In this document: positions 9,926 through 20,232 of the stretch, piece after piece
Numbering within the stretch: the stretch's first letter is position 1
Layout: every line of letters begins with the position of its first letter
Source: an uncultured bacterium
GTDB taxonomy: Bacteria; Desulfobacterota; Deferrimicrobia; Deferrimicrobiales; Deferrimicrobiaceae
DNA: 64,000 bases
Reading direction: 5' to 3'
Assembly: GCA_963764045.1 (NCBI GenBank)
Contig: CAVXQW010000007.1
Span: forward strand, 67,595-131,594
Made by a program: the position numbers and the translations under genes
The notes under the pieces: model-generated
The model's input: the letters and a program-made list of their open reading frames with translations, nothing else
Database searches by the model: none
Told to the model about the DNA's origin: nothing

Positions 9926-11149
9926 TCACGCGGACGGCGCTGTCCACCGGTCGTATCGGAGCAGGAAGAGGAGGCCGGGGATGGCGGCGAGGGCGCTGAT
10001 GATGAAGTAGCTTTCCCAGCCGTACGTCTTTGCGAGGTATCCGGTGGGCGCGCCGACGATCACGCGCGTGACCGCCATGAGGCTGGTGAGCAGGGCGTAC
10101 TGGGTGGCGGTGAACCGCTTGTCGCACAGGCTCATGAGGAACGCGGCGTACGCCGCCGTTCCCATGCCGCTGCACAGGTTCTCGATCCCGATCGCCGCCA
10201 CCATCATCGGGTAGTGGTGCCCCAGGCGGGCCAGCGCGAGGAACGTGAGGGTGGACACCGACTGGAGGATCCCGAAGATCCACAGGGACGCCTTCATCCC
10301 GGTCCGCGCGACGATGGCGCCGCCCGCGAGGGTCCCCGCGATCGTCGCGATCATCCCCAGCCCCTTCGTCACGGCCCCGATGTCGGTCTTCGTGAAGCCG
10401 AGCTCCAGGAGGAACGGGGTCGTCAGCGCGGTCGCCAGCACCACGTCGAGCTTGTAGAAGACGATGAACAGCAGGATCCCGGCCGCGCCGCGCCGGGAGA
10501 AAAACTCCAGGAACGGCTCGACGACCGCCTCTTTCAGCGTTCTCGGCCTCTTCGCGGCAAGGTCCGGTTCCGGGGCAACAAGGGAGGCGATGATCCCCAC
10601 GACGAGGGAGCCGGCCATCAGGAGATAGACGACGCGCCACGGCATCCGGTCGGCGAGGATCAGGGCGACCGCGCCCGAGGTGAGCATCGCCACGCGGTAT
10701 CCGAGGATGTGCACCCCCGCGCCCGGCCCCAGTTCCTCCGGGGCGAGGATCTCGGTGCGCCAGGCGTCGACCACGATGTCCTGGCTCGCGCTGCAGAAAG
10801 CGACGAGGAACGACAGGAGCGCCAGCGCGCCGGGATGCGCCTTCGGCTCGGAGAACGCCATCGCGGCGATGACGAGGAAGAGGGCCGCCTGGGTCACCAG
10901 CATCCACCCGCGGCGACGCCCGAGGAACGGGGGGACGAACCGGTCCATCAGCGGGGACCAGAGGTACTTGAACGTGTACGGCAGGCCGACGAGGGAGAAG
11001 ATCCCGATCACCGTCAGGTCGACCTTTTCGGACGCCATCCACGCCTGCAGTGTCGAACCGGTCAGCGCCAGGGGGATCCCGGACGAGAAACCGAGCAGCA
11101 GGACGAAAAAGACACGACGGTTGGCGAACGCGTTCAGGAGCGCGGACAT
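9926..11149 (-). CDS. ampG: AmpG-family muropeptide MFS permease
   Basis: C-terminal 408 aa of ORF 9926..12646, starting at MSALLNAFANRR. LWSPLMDRF and a multi-pass hydrophobic profile are present. The upstream part of the ORF is antisense to a real gene. Confidence 0.85.
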   Translation of the reverse strand: MSALLNAFANRRVFFVLLLGFSSGIPLALTGSTLQAWMASEKVDLTVIGIFSLVGLPYTFKYLWSPLMDRFVPPFLGRRRGWMLVTQAALFLVIAAMAFSEPKAHPGALALLSFLVAFCSASQDIVVDAWRTEILAPEELGPGAGVHILGYRVAMLTSGAVALILADRMPWRVVYLLMAGSLVVGIIASLVAPEPDLAAKRPRTLKEAVVEPFLEFFSRRGAAGILLFIVFYKLDVVLATALTTPFLLELGFTKTDIGAVTKGLGMIATIAGTLAGGAIVARTGMKASLWIFGILQSVSTLTFLALARLGHHYPMMVAAIGIENLCSGMGTAAYAAFLMSLCDKRFTATQYALLTSLMAVTRVIVGAPTGYLAKTYGWESYFIISALAAIPGLLFLLRYDRWTAPSA

Positions 11150-11253
11150 GCGAGGTATCGTACCACCGCCGGGATGGGAACGAGGACGAACGGGATTGGC
11201 GTTTCTATGCTGTAATAACATTTGAAATGATGGCGACGAGGAGGAGTGGCACG

Positions 11254-12847
11254 ATGAAGAACCGGGCGGGCGCAGCGGTCTTGCGGGGGATCTTGCGCTG
11301 GGGTCCATCCTCGCCATGACCTCTTGCGGGCCCTCGGTGGACCTCAGCGGACTGGGCACCGGTGGGAACACCAATGCCAACGGCACGGGCGTCGGGCCGG
11401 TCGCGGGCTTCGGCAGCGTCATCCTCAACGGTGTCAAGTACGACGATGCCGGGATCGACAGTGCGAGCTTCATCGACGACCACGGGAGGACGTTGGCGGG
11501 TCTCGTGGCCGGGATGATGGTCAAGATCACGGCGACGGGAGTCAACGACGTGTCGGGCACCGGGAAGGCGACGAAGATCGAGGTGCTGCGGCACGTCGAC
11601 GGCCCGCTGGACGACAACGGAGTGACGCTGGCGACGAACAGGATGGTGGTGATGGGGCAGACGGTGGTGGTGGACACCACTACCGTGTTCGACGGCGTGG
11701 CGGTCGGCGGCCTGATCGATCTTGCCGCCATCGACAACCTCGCCAAGGCGGGGAATCGCCCCGAGCTCGAGATCCACGGGATAGCCGACGAAAACGGGAC
11801 GATCCACGCCACGTTCATCCACATGTGGTTCGATGACGTTGTGACGGGTCGGGACGTGCAAGTGAAGGGGACCGTGGCGAACGACAACACCCCGGAAAGA
11901 CGTTCACGCTGGGGACTGCGACAGTGAGCTATGCAACCAGGCCCGCGGGGATGGGCAACGGTGTGTTTGTCGAGGTGAAGGGGACCTTCCGGACGACGGA
12001 CAACACGGTGCTGGCGACCACCGTCACCGTGGAGGATCCGGCGACGGGCCAGGCGACCGGCGACCTTGTAAAGGCGGAAGGGTACGTGAGGCGGATCGTT
12101 ACCGGCGGTGCGCAACTCGAGCTGCTCTGCGCGGATGGATTGCAGTTGGTCAACTGGTCTGCGACCACGGTGGCGTTCGAGGACGGCGCGGCGGCGGATC
12201 TCCTGGCCGGGGCCAGGGTCGAGGTGGAAGGGAAGCGGAACTTCGACAATACGGTGGCGGCGAAGGTGGTCTCGTTCCGCAAGCCGAGCAACGTGCGGAT
12301 GGACACCACCGTCACGGTGCCGGCGTTGCCCTCGAACTCCCTGAAGCTGTTCGGAGCAACGGTGGCTGTCAACTCCCTGACACAGTACGAGGACAGCCGC
12401 GACGGCCTTCGAACGTTCGGGTTTGCGAAGATCCTCACCGGCGACACCTTGCGGGTTTCCGCCTTCGTGGACAACAGCACGGGATTGGACCGGATCGTCG
12501 CAAGCCGTGTCGAGCGCATCGATGCGTTCTCGACGAACGATCGCCATATTCTGCAGGGGACCGTCGAGGTCAAGACCGGGGGCGCATTCTTGAGGATCCT
12601 CGGCATTACCGTGCAGACGATCCCCGGCACGACGGAGTTCCTGCAAGCGGACGGAACGCCGTTCCCGGGCGTCACGCAGAACGTTCGCCAGGCGAATTTC
12701 TTTGCGGCGGTCGTCGAGGGGCAGACGGTGGTAAAGGCACGCGGCTCCGCCGGATCCTCCTCTGGTGCCTATGTCCGCGAACGAATTGCAGATTCAGCCT
12801 ACGATCGAGAACTGACCGGGACGCCTGCCGGTTCTTGCGGGCGATGA
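11254..12847 (+). CDS. DUF5666-repeat lipoprotein, paralog of 1515..2534; two apparent frameshifts
   Basis: MKNRAGAAVL (ATG 11254) joins at the GGGGG run 11285..11289 to LALGSILAMTSCG (lipobox) in ORF 11316..11927. A second join near 11895 leads to ORF 11924..12847 (GKTFTLGTATVSY). GFGSVILNGVKY matches the paralog. Confidence 0.65.
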
Positions 12848-12927
12848 CATAAGGATGGGCCGACCGGGCGACCGGCCGCTTCCTCTCTGCTATGATGGCC
12901 GTAACTTGCTTCCCAAAGAGGTGGATC

Positions 12928-13365
12928 ATGGCGTTCGATGCGCAAGAATTTCTGGACAGGTACGCGGGGGCGTACAACGGCCGGGACCCGGAGGGGATGC
13001 GGACCTTCTTCGATCTGTCCGACAAGCGGTTCGCGGTCTTCGAGGATTTCACCGGGGACCTGATCGACGGGGACGCGTACTCCGCGATGCTCGAGGCGGC
13101 GTTCGACGCGACGGGCAGGATGTCGTTCGAGCTTCTGCGCTGCGATGATTTCGGCGGGATCGCCGTCCTCCACGCGATCCAGAAGATCGTGCTGAAAGAC
13201 GAGGAGGAGGGGATCGGCGAGGCGCGGATCCGGGCCACCCTCTGGGTCAAGACCGGCCAGGACGCCCCCCGGGTGGTGTCCGCGCACTTTTCCGCCGTTC
13301 CCACCGCCGTCGAGGAGTGCGGCATGGGCGGGTGCGGCTGCGCGGGACACGCGGTGGACGATTGA
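12928..13365 (+). CDS. NTF2/SnoaL-like small protein with Cys/Gly-rich tail
   Basis: ORF 12892..13365; the likely start is [20 protein letters not shown]. The tail is [16 protein letters not shown]. The stop overlaps the rmuC ATG (TGATG). Confidence 0.55.
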   Translation: MAFDAQEFLDRYAGAYNGRDPEGMRTFFDLSDKRFAVFEDFTGDLIDGDAYSAMLEAAFDATGRMSFELLRCDDFGGIAVLHAIQKIVLKDEEEGIGEARIRATLWVKTGQDAPRVVSAHFSAVPTAVEECGMGGCGCAGHAVDD

Positions 13366-14615
13366 TGGGGGTTGTCGCCGTCCTCCTCCTCGTACTCGTC
13401 GCGCTTGCCGCGGGAGTCGCCGCGGGCTGGTTCCTCCGCGCGGGACAGGTCGCGACGCTCGCGGAGCGGCTGCAGGGGCAGGAGCGGCTCATGGACGAGA
13501 AGCTCTCCGTCCTGAACGAGGCGAGGGAGAAGCTCAAGGAGGCGTTCCAGGCGCTCTCGTCGGAGGCGCTGCGCAGCAACAACCAGTCGTTCCTGACGCT
13601 TGCGAAGGCCACCCTGGAAACGTTCCAGGAGGGGGCGCGCGGCGATCTCGAGATGCGCCAGCAGGCGATCGACGCGCTGATCCTGCCGATGCGGGACTCC
13701 CTTCAGAGGGTGGACTCGAAGATCGGGGAGCTCGAGAAGGCGCGGTTCGCCGCCGACGCCACGCTGGCGGAACAGATCCGTTCCCTGATCGACACGCAGG
13801 GGCGCCTCCAGTCGGAGACGGCGAACCTGGTGAAGGCGCTTCGGGCGCCCACGGTCCGAGGCCGCTGGGGAGAGATCCAGCTCAAGCGCGTGGTCGAGAT
13901 CGCGGGGATGCTCGCGCACTGCGACTTCGTCGAGCAGGAGAGCGTCACCACCGAGGACGGCCGCCTGCGCCCCGACATGGTCGTGCGGCTTCCCAACCAC
14001 AAGAACATCGTGGTGGACGCGAAGGCCCCCCTCTCCGCGTACCTCGAAGCCCTCGAGGCGCCGGACGAGGCGACCCGGACGGCGCGTCTCAAGGATCACG
14101 CCCGGCAGATCCGCGCCCACCTTTCCTCCCTGGCCTCCAAGGGGTACTGGGACCAGTTCGCCCCCGCCCCCGAGTTCGCCGTCCTGTTCCTCCCGGGCGA
14201 GACGTTCTTCAGCGCGGCGCTGGAGCAGGATCCCGGGCTCATCGAATTCGGCGCCGGCGAGCGGGTGATCCTCGCCACCCCCACGACGCTCATCGCGCTG
14301 CTGAAGGCCGTCGCCTACGGCTGGCGCCAGGAGCAGGTCGCGGAAAACGCGCAGGAGATCAGCCGGCTTGGAAAGGAGATGTACGACCGGATCGGGAAGT
14401 TCACCGAGCATTTCGTCCACATCCGCGACGGGCTGGACAAGGCGGTCTCCGCGTACAACAGCGCCGTGGGGTCGTACGAGTCGCGCGTCCTCCCGGGAGC
14501 GCGCCGGCTGCGGGACCTCCGTGTGACCTCGGACCGCGAGGAGATGAAGCCGCCGGAAATCGTCGACCGCGCCACCCGGCCCGCCCCCGAAGGCGAGGAC
14601 GAACCCACCCCCTGA
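13365..14615 (+). CDS. rmuC: DNA recombination protein RmuC
   Basis: ORF 13317..14615, starting at [10 protein letters not shown] (TM anchor). A coiled coil is followed by an RmuC nuclease-like C-terminal domain ([19 protein letters not shown]). Confidence 0.85.
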   Translation: MGVVAVLLLVLVALAAGVAAGWFLRAGQVATLAERLQGQERLMDEKLSVLNEAREKLKEAFQALSSEALRSNNQSFLTLAKATLETFQEGARGDLEMRQQAIDALILPMRDSLQRVDSKIGELEKARFAADATLAEQIRSLIDTQGRLQSETANLVKALRAPTVRGRWGEIQLKRVVEIAGMLAHCDFVEQESVTTEDGRLRPDMVVRLPNHKNIVVDAKAPLSAYLEALEAPDEATRTARLKDHARQIRAHLSSLASKGYWDQFAPAPEFAVLFLPGETFFSAALEQDPGLIEFGAGERVILATPTTLIALLKAVAYGWRQEQVAENAQEISRLGKEMYDRIGKFTEHFVHIRDGLDKAVSAYNSAVGSYESRVLPGARRLRDLRVTSDREEMKPPEIVDRATRPAPEGEDEPTP

Positions 14616-14780
14616 ACCGGGGGTTAATTTTCCCATCGCCTTTTCCTCCACGCCGTACTTCCATCCATCGGTAATCGTTATCAGGACTTCCGGCGAATGC
14701 CCCATTTCGCAACGGATGGGCGCCGGATGCAATCTTAGGAGGGAAACGATCGCCGATCGGAATGTGAAAAGGGGAACCGA

Positions 14781-15554
14781 ATGCTGTTCCGCGTCGCGGA
14801 AAAGGTCGGGAAGAAGGCGCTCGAAGCGACGCGCGTCCTGGGCAGGACGGGGGTATTCCTCGCCGACGCCGTTTGGAACGCGGTGGTCCCCCCGTACCGG
14901 GGGCGGGATATCCTGAAGCAGATCCACTTCTTCGGCGTCAAGTCGCTCTTCGTCATCGTGTTGACCGCCGCATTCACGGGAATGGTTCTCTCGCTGCAAG
15001 GCTTCTATACCCTGCGGAAGTTCGGTTCCGAGGGGCTGCTGGGCGCCGCGGTCGCCCTTTCCCTGATCCGGGAACTGGGGCCGGTCCTTACCGCCCTGAT
15101 GGTCACGGGCCGCGCCGGCTCGGCCCTGGCCGCGGAGATCGGGATCATGCGGATCGGCGAGCAGATCGACTCGCTTGAGACGATGGGGATCGAACCGATA
15201 CGCTTCCTCGTGGCGCCCAGGATCGTCGCGGCCGTGGTCTCGATCCCCCTTCTCACCGCCATCTTCGACGTGGTCGGAATCTACGGGGGGTATCTCGTCG
15301 GCGTCAAGCTCCTTGGACTCGACGCGGGACAATTTTTCGGACACATGAAGGCCAGCGTTGAACTCGCCGACGTTGTCAACGGGGTGTGGAAGTCCCTCGC
15401 CTTCTCCCTCCTGATCGTCTGGGTGTGCACCTTCAAGGGATTCTTTACGGAACGGGGGGCGGAGGGCGTAAGCCGCGCGACGACGTCCGCGGTCGTCATC
15501 TCCTCGGTCCTGGTACTGATCGGCGACTATGTCCTCACCTCGGTGCTGCTGTGA
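14781..15554 (+). CDS. mlaE: MlaE-family ABC permease
   Basis: Intact 257-aa ORF. RELGPVLTALMVTGRAGSA and EQIDSLETMGI are typical of MlaE. Confidence 0.9.
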   Translation: MLFRVAEKVGKKALEATRVLGRTGVFLADAVWNAVVPPYRGRDILKQIHFFGVKSLFVIVLTAAFTGMVLSLQGFYTLRKFGSEGLLGAAVALSLIRELGPVLTALMVTGRAGSALAAEIGIMRIGEQIDSLETMGIEPIRFLVAPRIVAAVVSIPLLTAIFDVVGIYGGYLVGVKLLGLDAGQFFGHMKASVELADVVNGVWKSLAFSLLIVWVCTFKGFFTERGAEGVSRATTSAVVISSVLVLIGDYVLTSVLL

Positions 15555-16357
15555 ACTGCCGCGATCACTCCTGCGACCAATGTATCGTCGGGGATCCGGA
15601 GGGACCCCCGATCCTGCGTCTGGTGGGCGTGGACAAGATCCTGGACGGGAAGATGGTGCTGGACAACATCGATCTCGACATCCCGCGGAACCGGATCACC
15701 GCGATCATCGGCCTGAGCGGGGCGGGGAAGAGCGTGCTGCTCAAACACATGATCGGCCTCATGAAGCCCGACCGGGGCCAGGTTCTCCTCGACGGAGTGG
15801 ACCTGTTCCACCTCTCCCGGAAGGAGCTGTTCGAGACCCGGAAGAGGTTCGGCATGCTCTTCCAGTCCGGCGCGCTGTTCGACTCCATGGACGTGTTCGG
15901 GAACGTGGCGTTTCCCCTCCGGGAGAAGACGAAGCTGGGGGAAGCGCAGATCCGGGAGCGCGTCCAGGTCATCCTCCGGAAAGTGGGGCTGGAAGGGGCG
16001 GGAGAAAAGTTTCCCGACGAGCTCAGCGGCGGGATGGTCCGGCGGGTCGCGCTGGCGCGGGCCATCGTGATGGACCCCGAGATCATCCTTTTCGACGAGC
16101 CCACGACCGGGCTCGACCCCATCATCCGGAACTCCATCCTCAACCTGATCTGCAGGACGTTCCATGACCACAAGTTCACGATGGTGATGATCAGCCACGA
16201 CATCCCGGACATCTTCCACTGGTGCCACCACGTGGTGGTTGTGCATGGAGGAAAGGTGATCGAGGCGGGCGCGCCGGAGGACGTGCGGAACTCGATCAAC
16301 CCGTTCGTTCACCAGCTTGTGCAAGGGGACATCCACGGGCCGGTCCAGCTGATGTAA
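15551..16357 (+). CDS. mlaF: MlaF-type ABC ATPase
   Basis: In the frame of ORF 15386..16357. The GTG at 15551 overlaps the mlaE stop. Walker A GLSGAGKS, signature LSGGM, Walker B ILFDEPT. Confidence 0.85.
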   Translation: MNCRDHSCDQCIVGDPEGPPILRLVGVDKILDGKMVLDNIDLDIPRNRITAIIGLSGAGKSVLLKHMIGLMKPDRGQVLLDGVDLFHLSRKELFETRKRFGMLFQSGALFDSMDVFGNVAFPLREKTKLGEAQIRERVQVILRKVGLEGAGEKFPDELSGGMVRRVALARAIVMDPEIILFDEPTTGLDPIIRNSILNLICRTFHDHKFTMVMISHDIPDIFHWCHHVVVVHGGKVIEAGAPEDVRNSINPFVHQLVQGDIHGPVQLM

Positions 16358-16366
16358 GGAGGTGGT

Positions 16367-16810
16367 ATGCGTCGCTTCAACATCGAAATCGCGGTCGGGT
16401 TGTTTCTTCTGGCAGGGATCCTCTGCCTTGCGTATCTCTCCATCCGGCTTGGGAAGATGGAAGTGATCGGCGGGGACACCGTACCGGTGACCGCCAGGTT
16501 CAGCTCCGTTACGGGGTTGCAGGTGGGGACCGATGTGGAGATCGCGGGGGTACCGGTGGGGAAAGTCGACGCGATCTCGATCCAGGACTTCCAGGCGGTT
16601 GTCCGGATGCAGATCCGGAAGGGGATCGGGTTGCCGGACGACACGATCGCATCGGTGAAGACACGGGGGCTCATCGGTGACGTTTACATCAGTCTTTCCC
16701 CAGGCGCGTCGAACCGGATGATCCCTCCGGGTGGCAGGATCCGGGAGACCGAGGCGGCGATGGATCTGGGGGGGATGATCGGCCAGTTCATACACGGGAG
16801 CGCGAAATAA
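16367..16810 (+). CDS. mlaD: MlaD (MCE-domain) protein
   Basis: 147-aa ORF with an N-terminal TM anchor, then an MCE fold (TGLQVGTDVEIAGVPVGKV). Confidence 0.85.
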   Translation: MRRFNIEIAVGLFLLAGILCLAYLSIRLGKMEVIGGDTVPVTARFSSVTGLQVGTDVEIAGVPVGKVDAISIQDFQAVVRMQIRKGIGLPDDTIASVKTRGLIGDVYISLSPGASNRMIPPGGRIRETEAAMDLGGMIGQFIHGSAK

Positions 16811-16862
16811 GAAGAACAGGACTGCGGAAGCGCAAGGCCACCATCGGACGCCAGGGAAAAAG

Positions 16863-18167
16863 GTGAGGGGAGAAGGATGCCATTGCGCGGGAAAGGTTTT
16901 GTCCGTCGGTCTGGCGGGGGCCCTGCTTCTGGCCGGCTGCGGCGCCAACAGGGCGGTGATGAACGGGAACCCCGAAGATCCATACCCGCCGAAAGGTGGG
17001 CCGAAGGTCGGGGAGATCTACCACCTGCCGACGGGGCTTGCGATTTCCGAGGACGGGCTGATGGACATGCTCTCCGGCGCGCGGCTGGTGTCCGTCGGGG
17101 AGACGCACGATAACTTGAACGACCAGAGGGTCGAGCTGGCCGTCGTGCGCGGGCTCTATCGTCGCTTCCCGGGGAAGATCGCCGTCGGGATGGAGATGTT
17201 CCGGGAACCGCAGCAGGCGGTTCTCGACAGGTGGGTGAAGGGGGAACTCACGGAGTTCGAATTCCTGAAAGCCTCGAAGTGGTACGAGACGTGGGGGTTC
17301 GACTTCGGTGCCTACCGGGACCTGCTCCTCTTCGCGAAGGAGAACAGGATCGACCTGATCGCCTTGGATCCGTCGAAGGAGCTGCAGGAGGCGGTTCGCC
17401 GGACGGGGCTGGACAACGTTCCGGAGGACCTTCGCCGTACGCTGCCGGAGATCGGCGAGATCGATCCGTGGCAGCGCCTCGTCCTGCGCAGCGTTTTCGC
17501 AGGGCATTCGGGGCACGGCGACGGGGAGGCATCGTTCGACTCCTTCCTCCGCGTCCAGCTTCTCTGGGAGGAGTCGATGGCCCAGAAGGTGGTCGATTAT
17601 CTGAAGAGCCCCCGGGGCGAGGGAAAGCGGATGGTGACGATCACCGGGGGCTGGCACGTGAAATACGGGTTCGGGCTCCCGAAGAAGGTGGTCCGCCGCC
17701 TTCCGATGGACTACGCGATCCTTCTCCCGGAGGAGATCAGCACGCCGGAGCAGCAGGAGGGGCGGATGATGCGGGTGGATCTTCCCGAGGTACCGCTGCT
17801 CCCGGCCCAATTCCTCTGGTATGTCCCTTTCAACAGCATCGAGGAAGAGCGGGTCCGCATGGGGATCCGGATGGAGGAGAAGGAGGGGCGCCTCTTCGTC
17901 GCATTCGTCGCGCCGGGATCCCCGGCGGAAAAAGCGGGGGTCGCGAAGGGAGACGAGCTCGTGGCCTTCGACGGGAAACCCGTCAGGGAGAGCCTCGACG
18001 TGTACTATCTGGTCGGCGAGAAGCGGGAGGGGGACACGGGGCAGGTCACCCTCCGGCGCGGCGGGGAGGAGAAGACCCTCGATCTCACGTTTTTCAAGAT
18101 GCCGAAGCCGAAATCGCACTCAACGGGAGGGTCCGGCGGAGTCGCCGGAGGAGGGGGGGCGAAGTGA
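16863..18167 (+). CDS. ChaN/Tiki-superfamily lipoprotein with C-terminal PDZ domain
   Basis: 434-aa ORF with lipobox LLLAGC. ChaN-like VSVGETHDN and GGWHVKYGFG are present, followed by a PDZ (PGSPAEKAGVAKGDELVAFDG). The start is uncertain (GTG 16863, or ATG 16877 plus a shift). The last ~12 codons lie inside repeat copy B. Confidence 0.75.
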   Translation: MRGEGCHCAGKVLSVGLAGALLLAGCGANRAVMNGNPEDPYPPKGGPKVGEIYHLPTGLAISEDGLMDMLSGARLVSVGETHDNLNDQRVELAVVRGLYRRFPGKIAVGMEMFREPQQAVLDRWVKGELTEFEFLKASKWYETWGFDFGAYRDLLLFAKENRIDLIALDPSKELQEAVRRTGLDNVPEDLRRTLPEIGEIDPWQRLVLRSVFAGHSGHGDGEASFDSFLRVQLLWEESMAQKVVDYLKSPRGEGKRMVTITGGWHVKYGFGLPKKVVRRLPMDYAILLPEEISTPEQQEGRMMRVDLPEVPLLPAQFLWYVPFNSIEEERVRMGIRMEEKEGRLFVAFVAPGSPAEKAGVAKGDELVAFDGKPVRESLDVYYLVGEKREGDTGQVTLRRGGEEKTLDLTFFKMPKPKSHSTGGSGGVAGGGGAK

Positions 18168-18244
18168 GGTAAAGCGCAGCCGTGCAGGTTCACCGCACGG
18201 CGAGCCACGAACGGAGCCCCTCCCTCCGAGGCGACGAAGCCGAA
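18131..18244 (+). repeat. 114-bp intergenic repeat, copy B (Y-module)
   Basis: Aligns over its full length with 6843..6956. Has the same central hairpin (GCCGTGCaggttcaccGCACGGC) plus a 5-prime hairpin TCCGGCGgagtCGCCGGA. Confidence 0.8.
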
Positions 18245-18488
18245 GAGGGAGTCCCGGCGGCGCCCTCGCGCTTTTCCGGCAGAGAAATCAACTCTTGAGG
18301 ATGATGTCCGAAAACAACTGGGAAGTAATCGCTGGGCACGTTCGCTGGACGCAGCCGGGAAGTCGCGCGGTCGGATGCGAGCGGGGAGCCCCGCTGCGGA
18401 GAAGCGGTAACCTGGCGAACCGTTAACTGGGGCTTGGCGTCGTAGGGTATACTTCCCGGAAAGGGCCGATACGAGAGGGGGGGACTCC

Positions 18489-18827
18489 ATGCCGTTCTTC
18501 ATCCGGATGGCCGCCAACGCGGTCGCGATCCTGTTGATCGGATACCTGCTGCCGCAGATCGTCACCGTGGACGGGGTGATGGCGGCGCTGGCCGCCGCCT
18601 TCGTGCTGGGACTCGTGAACGCGGTCGTCCGGCCCCTCTTCGTGCTGCTGACCCTTCCCGTCACGGTGATGACGCTGGGGGCCTTCCTCCTCGTGATCAA
18701 CGGGCTGCTCCTGTGGCTTGTCTCCGCCTTCGTCCCGGGGTTCCACGTGAACGGCTTCCTCGCGGCGGTGGCCGGCTCCATTCTCCTCTCCGTCGTCTCA
18801 TGGATCCTCACGAGAGTGGTCCAATGA
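18489..18827 (+). CDS. small 3-4 TM membrane protein (phage-holin-4-2/DUF360-like family)
   Basis: 112-aa hydrophobic ORF. Its stop overlaps the next ATG (ATGA). Confidence 0.7.
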   Translation: MPFFIRMAANAVAILLIGYLLPQIVTVDGVMAALAAAFVLGLVNAVVRPLFVLLTLPVTVMTLGAFLLVINGLLLWLVSAFVPGFHVNGFLAAVAGSILLSVVSWILTRVVQ

Positions 18828-20224
18828 GCGTCACCCTGACGTTTCTGGGCGCGGCGCGGGAAGTCACCGGCTCCTGCATCCTCGTGCAGACGGCGCGCAA
18901 CCGGTTCCTCGTCGATTGCGGGATGTTCCAGGGGGGAGGGGAGAGCGACCGGAAGAACGCCCGCAGGATGCCGGTCCCCCCCGCGTCGATCGATTTCGTC
19001 CTGTCGACCCACGCCCACCTCGATCACTCCGGCCTGCTCCCGAAACTCGTGCGGGACGGCTTTCGCGGCCCCATCCACTGCACCTCACCCACCGCCGATC
19101 TCCTCGGGGTGATGCTTCCCGACGCGGGGCACATCCAGGAGAGGGAGTCGGAGTGGAAAACCCGGAAGCGGGAGCGGGGAGGGAAGAGGGTGGTCCCTCC
19201 GCTCTACACCGAGGCGGACGCGATGGCCGTCCTCCCCGCGCTGCGCCCCGTTCCCTACGGGGAATCGATCGTCCCCGGGCCGGGGATCTCCGCCGTCTTC
19301 CTCGACGCGGGGCACATCCTCGGCTCGGCGATCGTCACCGTAACGGTCGCGGACGAGGGGAGGGAAAAGACGCTGGTCTTCTCCGGCGACCTCGGCCACC
19401 GGGGTTTGCCGATCGTCCGCGATCCCACCCCCGTCCCGCGGGCCGACGCCCTCGTCATCGAGTCGACGTACGGAAACCGGATCCACAAGGGGATGGAAGA
19501 GACGGTGGAGGAGTTCGTCCGCGCCGTCGACGACACGCTCAACAGGAAAAAAGGGAACGTCGTCATCCCGTCGTTCGCGGTGGGACGGGCGCAGGATATC
19601 CTGTATCTCCTCACCGACCTGACGCGGAAAGGGCGCCTGTCGGGGATCACGTTGTACATCGACTCCCCGCTGGCCGCGGAGGCCACGCGGATCACGATGC
19701 GCCACCCCGAGTGCTACGACGACGAGACGCGGGAGCTCTTCGCCTGGCGGGACGCACACCCCGACGCGCTGGAGGTCGTCCTGGTCAGGAACATGGAGGA
19801 GTCGCGGGCGTTGAACTCCCTGCGCGGAGGGGCGATCCTGATGGCGGGGAGCGGGATGTGCGACGCGGGAAGGATCAAGCACCACCTGAAGCACAACCTG
19901 TGGCGGAAGGAGTGCAGCGTCATCATCGTCGGGTTCCAGGCCCAGGGGACCCTCGGCCGGAAGATCGTCGACGGCGCGAAACGGGTGCGGATTTTCGGGG
20001 AGGAGATCGCGGTGGCCGCGGACGTGTACACGATCGGCGGTCTGTCGGCGCACGCCGACCGGGACGACCTCCTGGCGTGGGCGGGGCAGTTCAAGGCCCC
20101 TCCCGGGAACGTGTTCGTTGCCCACGGCGAGGAGTCCGTCTCCCTCGAATTCGCCGGGACGCTGAAAGAGAAGCTCGGGTGGATCACGCAGGTTCCCTCA
20201 CCCGGCCAGCCGCTGACCGTGTGA
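18824..20224 (+). CDS. MBL-fold beta-CASP ribonuclease-like hydrolase
   Basis: In ORF 18713..20224, starting at MSVTLTFLGAAREVTGSC. Contains THAHLDHSG, a beta-CASP section and the C-terminal GGLSAHAD. Confidence 0.85.
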   Translation: MSVTLTFLGAAREVTGSCILVQTARNRFLVDCGMFQGGGESDRKNARRMPVPPASIDFVLSTHAHLDHSGLLPKLVRDGFRGPIHCTSPTADLLGVMLPDAGHIQERESEWKTRKRERGGKRVVPPLYTEADAMAVLPALRPVPYGESIVPGPGISAVFLDAGHILGSAIVTVTVADEGREKTLVFSGDLGHRGLPIVRDPTPVPRADALVIESTYGNRIHKGMEETVEEFVRAVDDTLNRKKGNVVIPSFAVGRAQDILYLLTDLTRKGRLSGITLYIDSPLAAEATRITMRHPECYDDETRELFAWRDAHPDALEVVLVRNMEESRALNSLRGGAILMAGSGMCDAGRIKHHLKHNLWRKECSVIIVGFQAQGTLGRKIVDGAKRVRIFGEEIAVAADVYTIGGLSAHADRDDLLAWAGQFKAPPGNVFVAHGEESVSLEFAGTLKEKLGWITQVPSPGQPLTV

Positions 20225-20232
20225 ACCGACGG

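Noticed and set aside
11150-12646. N-terminal 500-aa extension of the ampG ORF (ORF 9926..12646)
   Set aside because: The extension is antisense to the DUF5666 lipoprotein gene. The AmpG homology starts at the Met at 11149.
12672-15344. 890-aa minus-strand ORF, plus similar long shadow ORFs (27906..29999, 55803..57842, 16788..18119)
   Set aside because: They are antisense to well-supported genes (rmuC, mlaE, the clpA-like gene, glnA, the ChaN-PDZ gene) and carry no recognisable motifs. They are GC-skew artefacts.
18489-18827. Holin-family label as a hint of a prophage or lysis cassette
   Set aside because: No endolysin, spanin, terminase, capsid or integrase genes are nearby. The gene is start/stop-coupled to a housekeeping-type beta-CASP hydrolase. 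This family is common as a chromosomal membrane protein.
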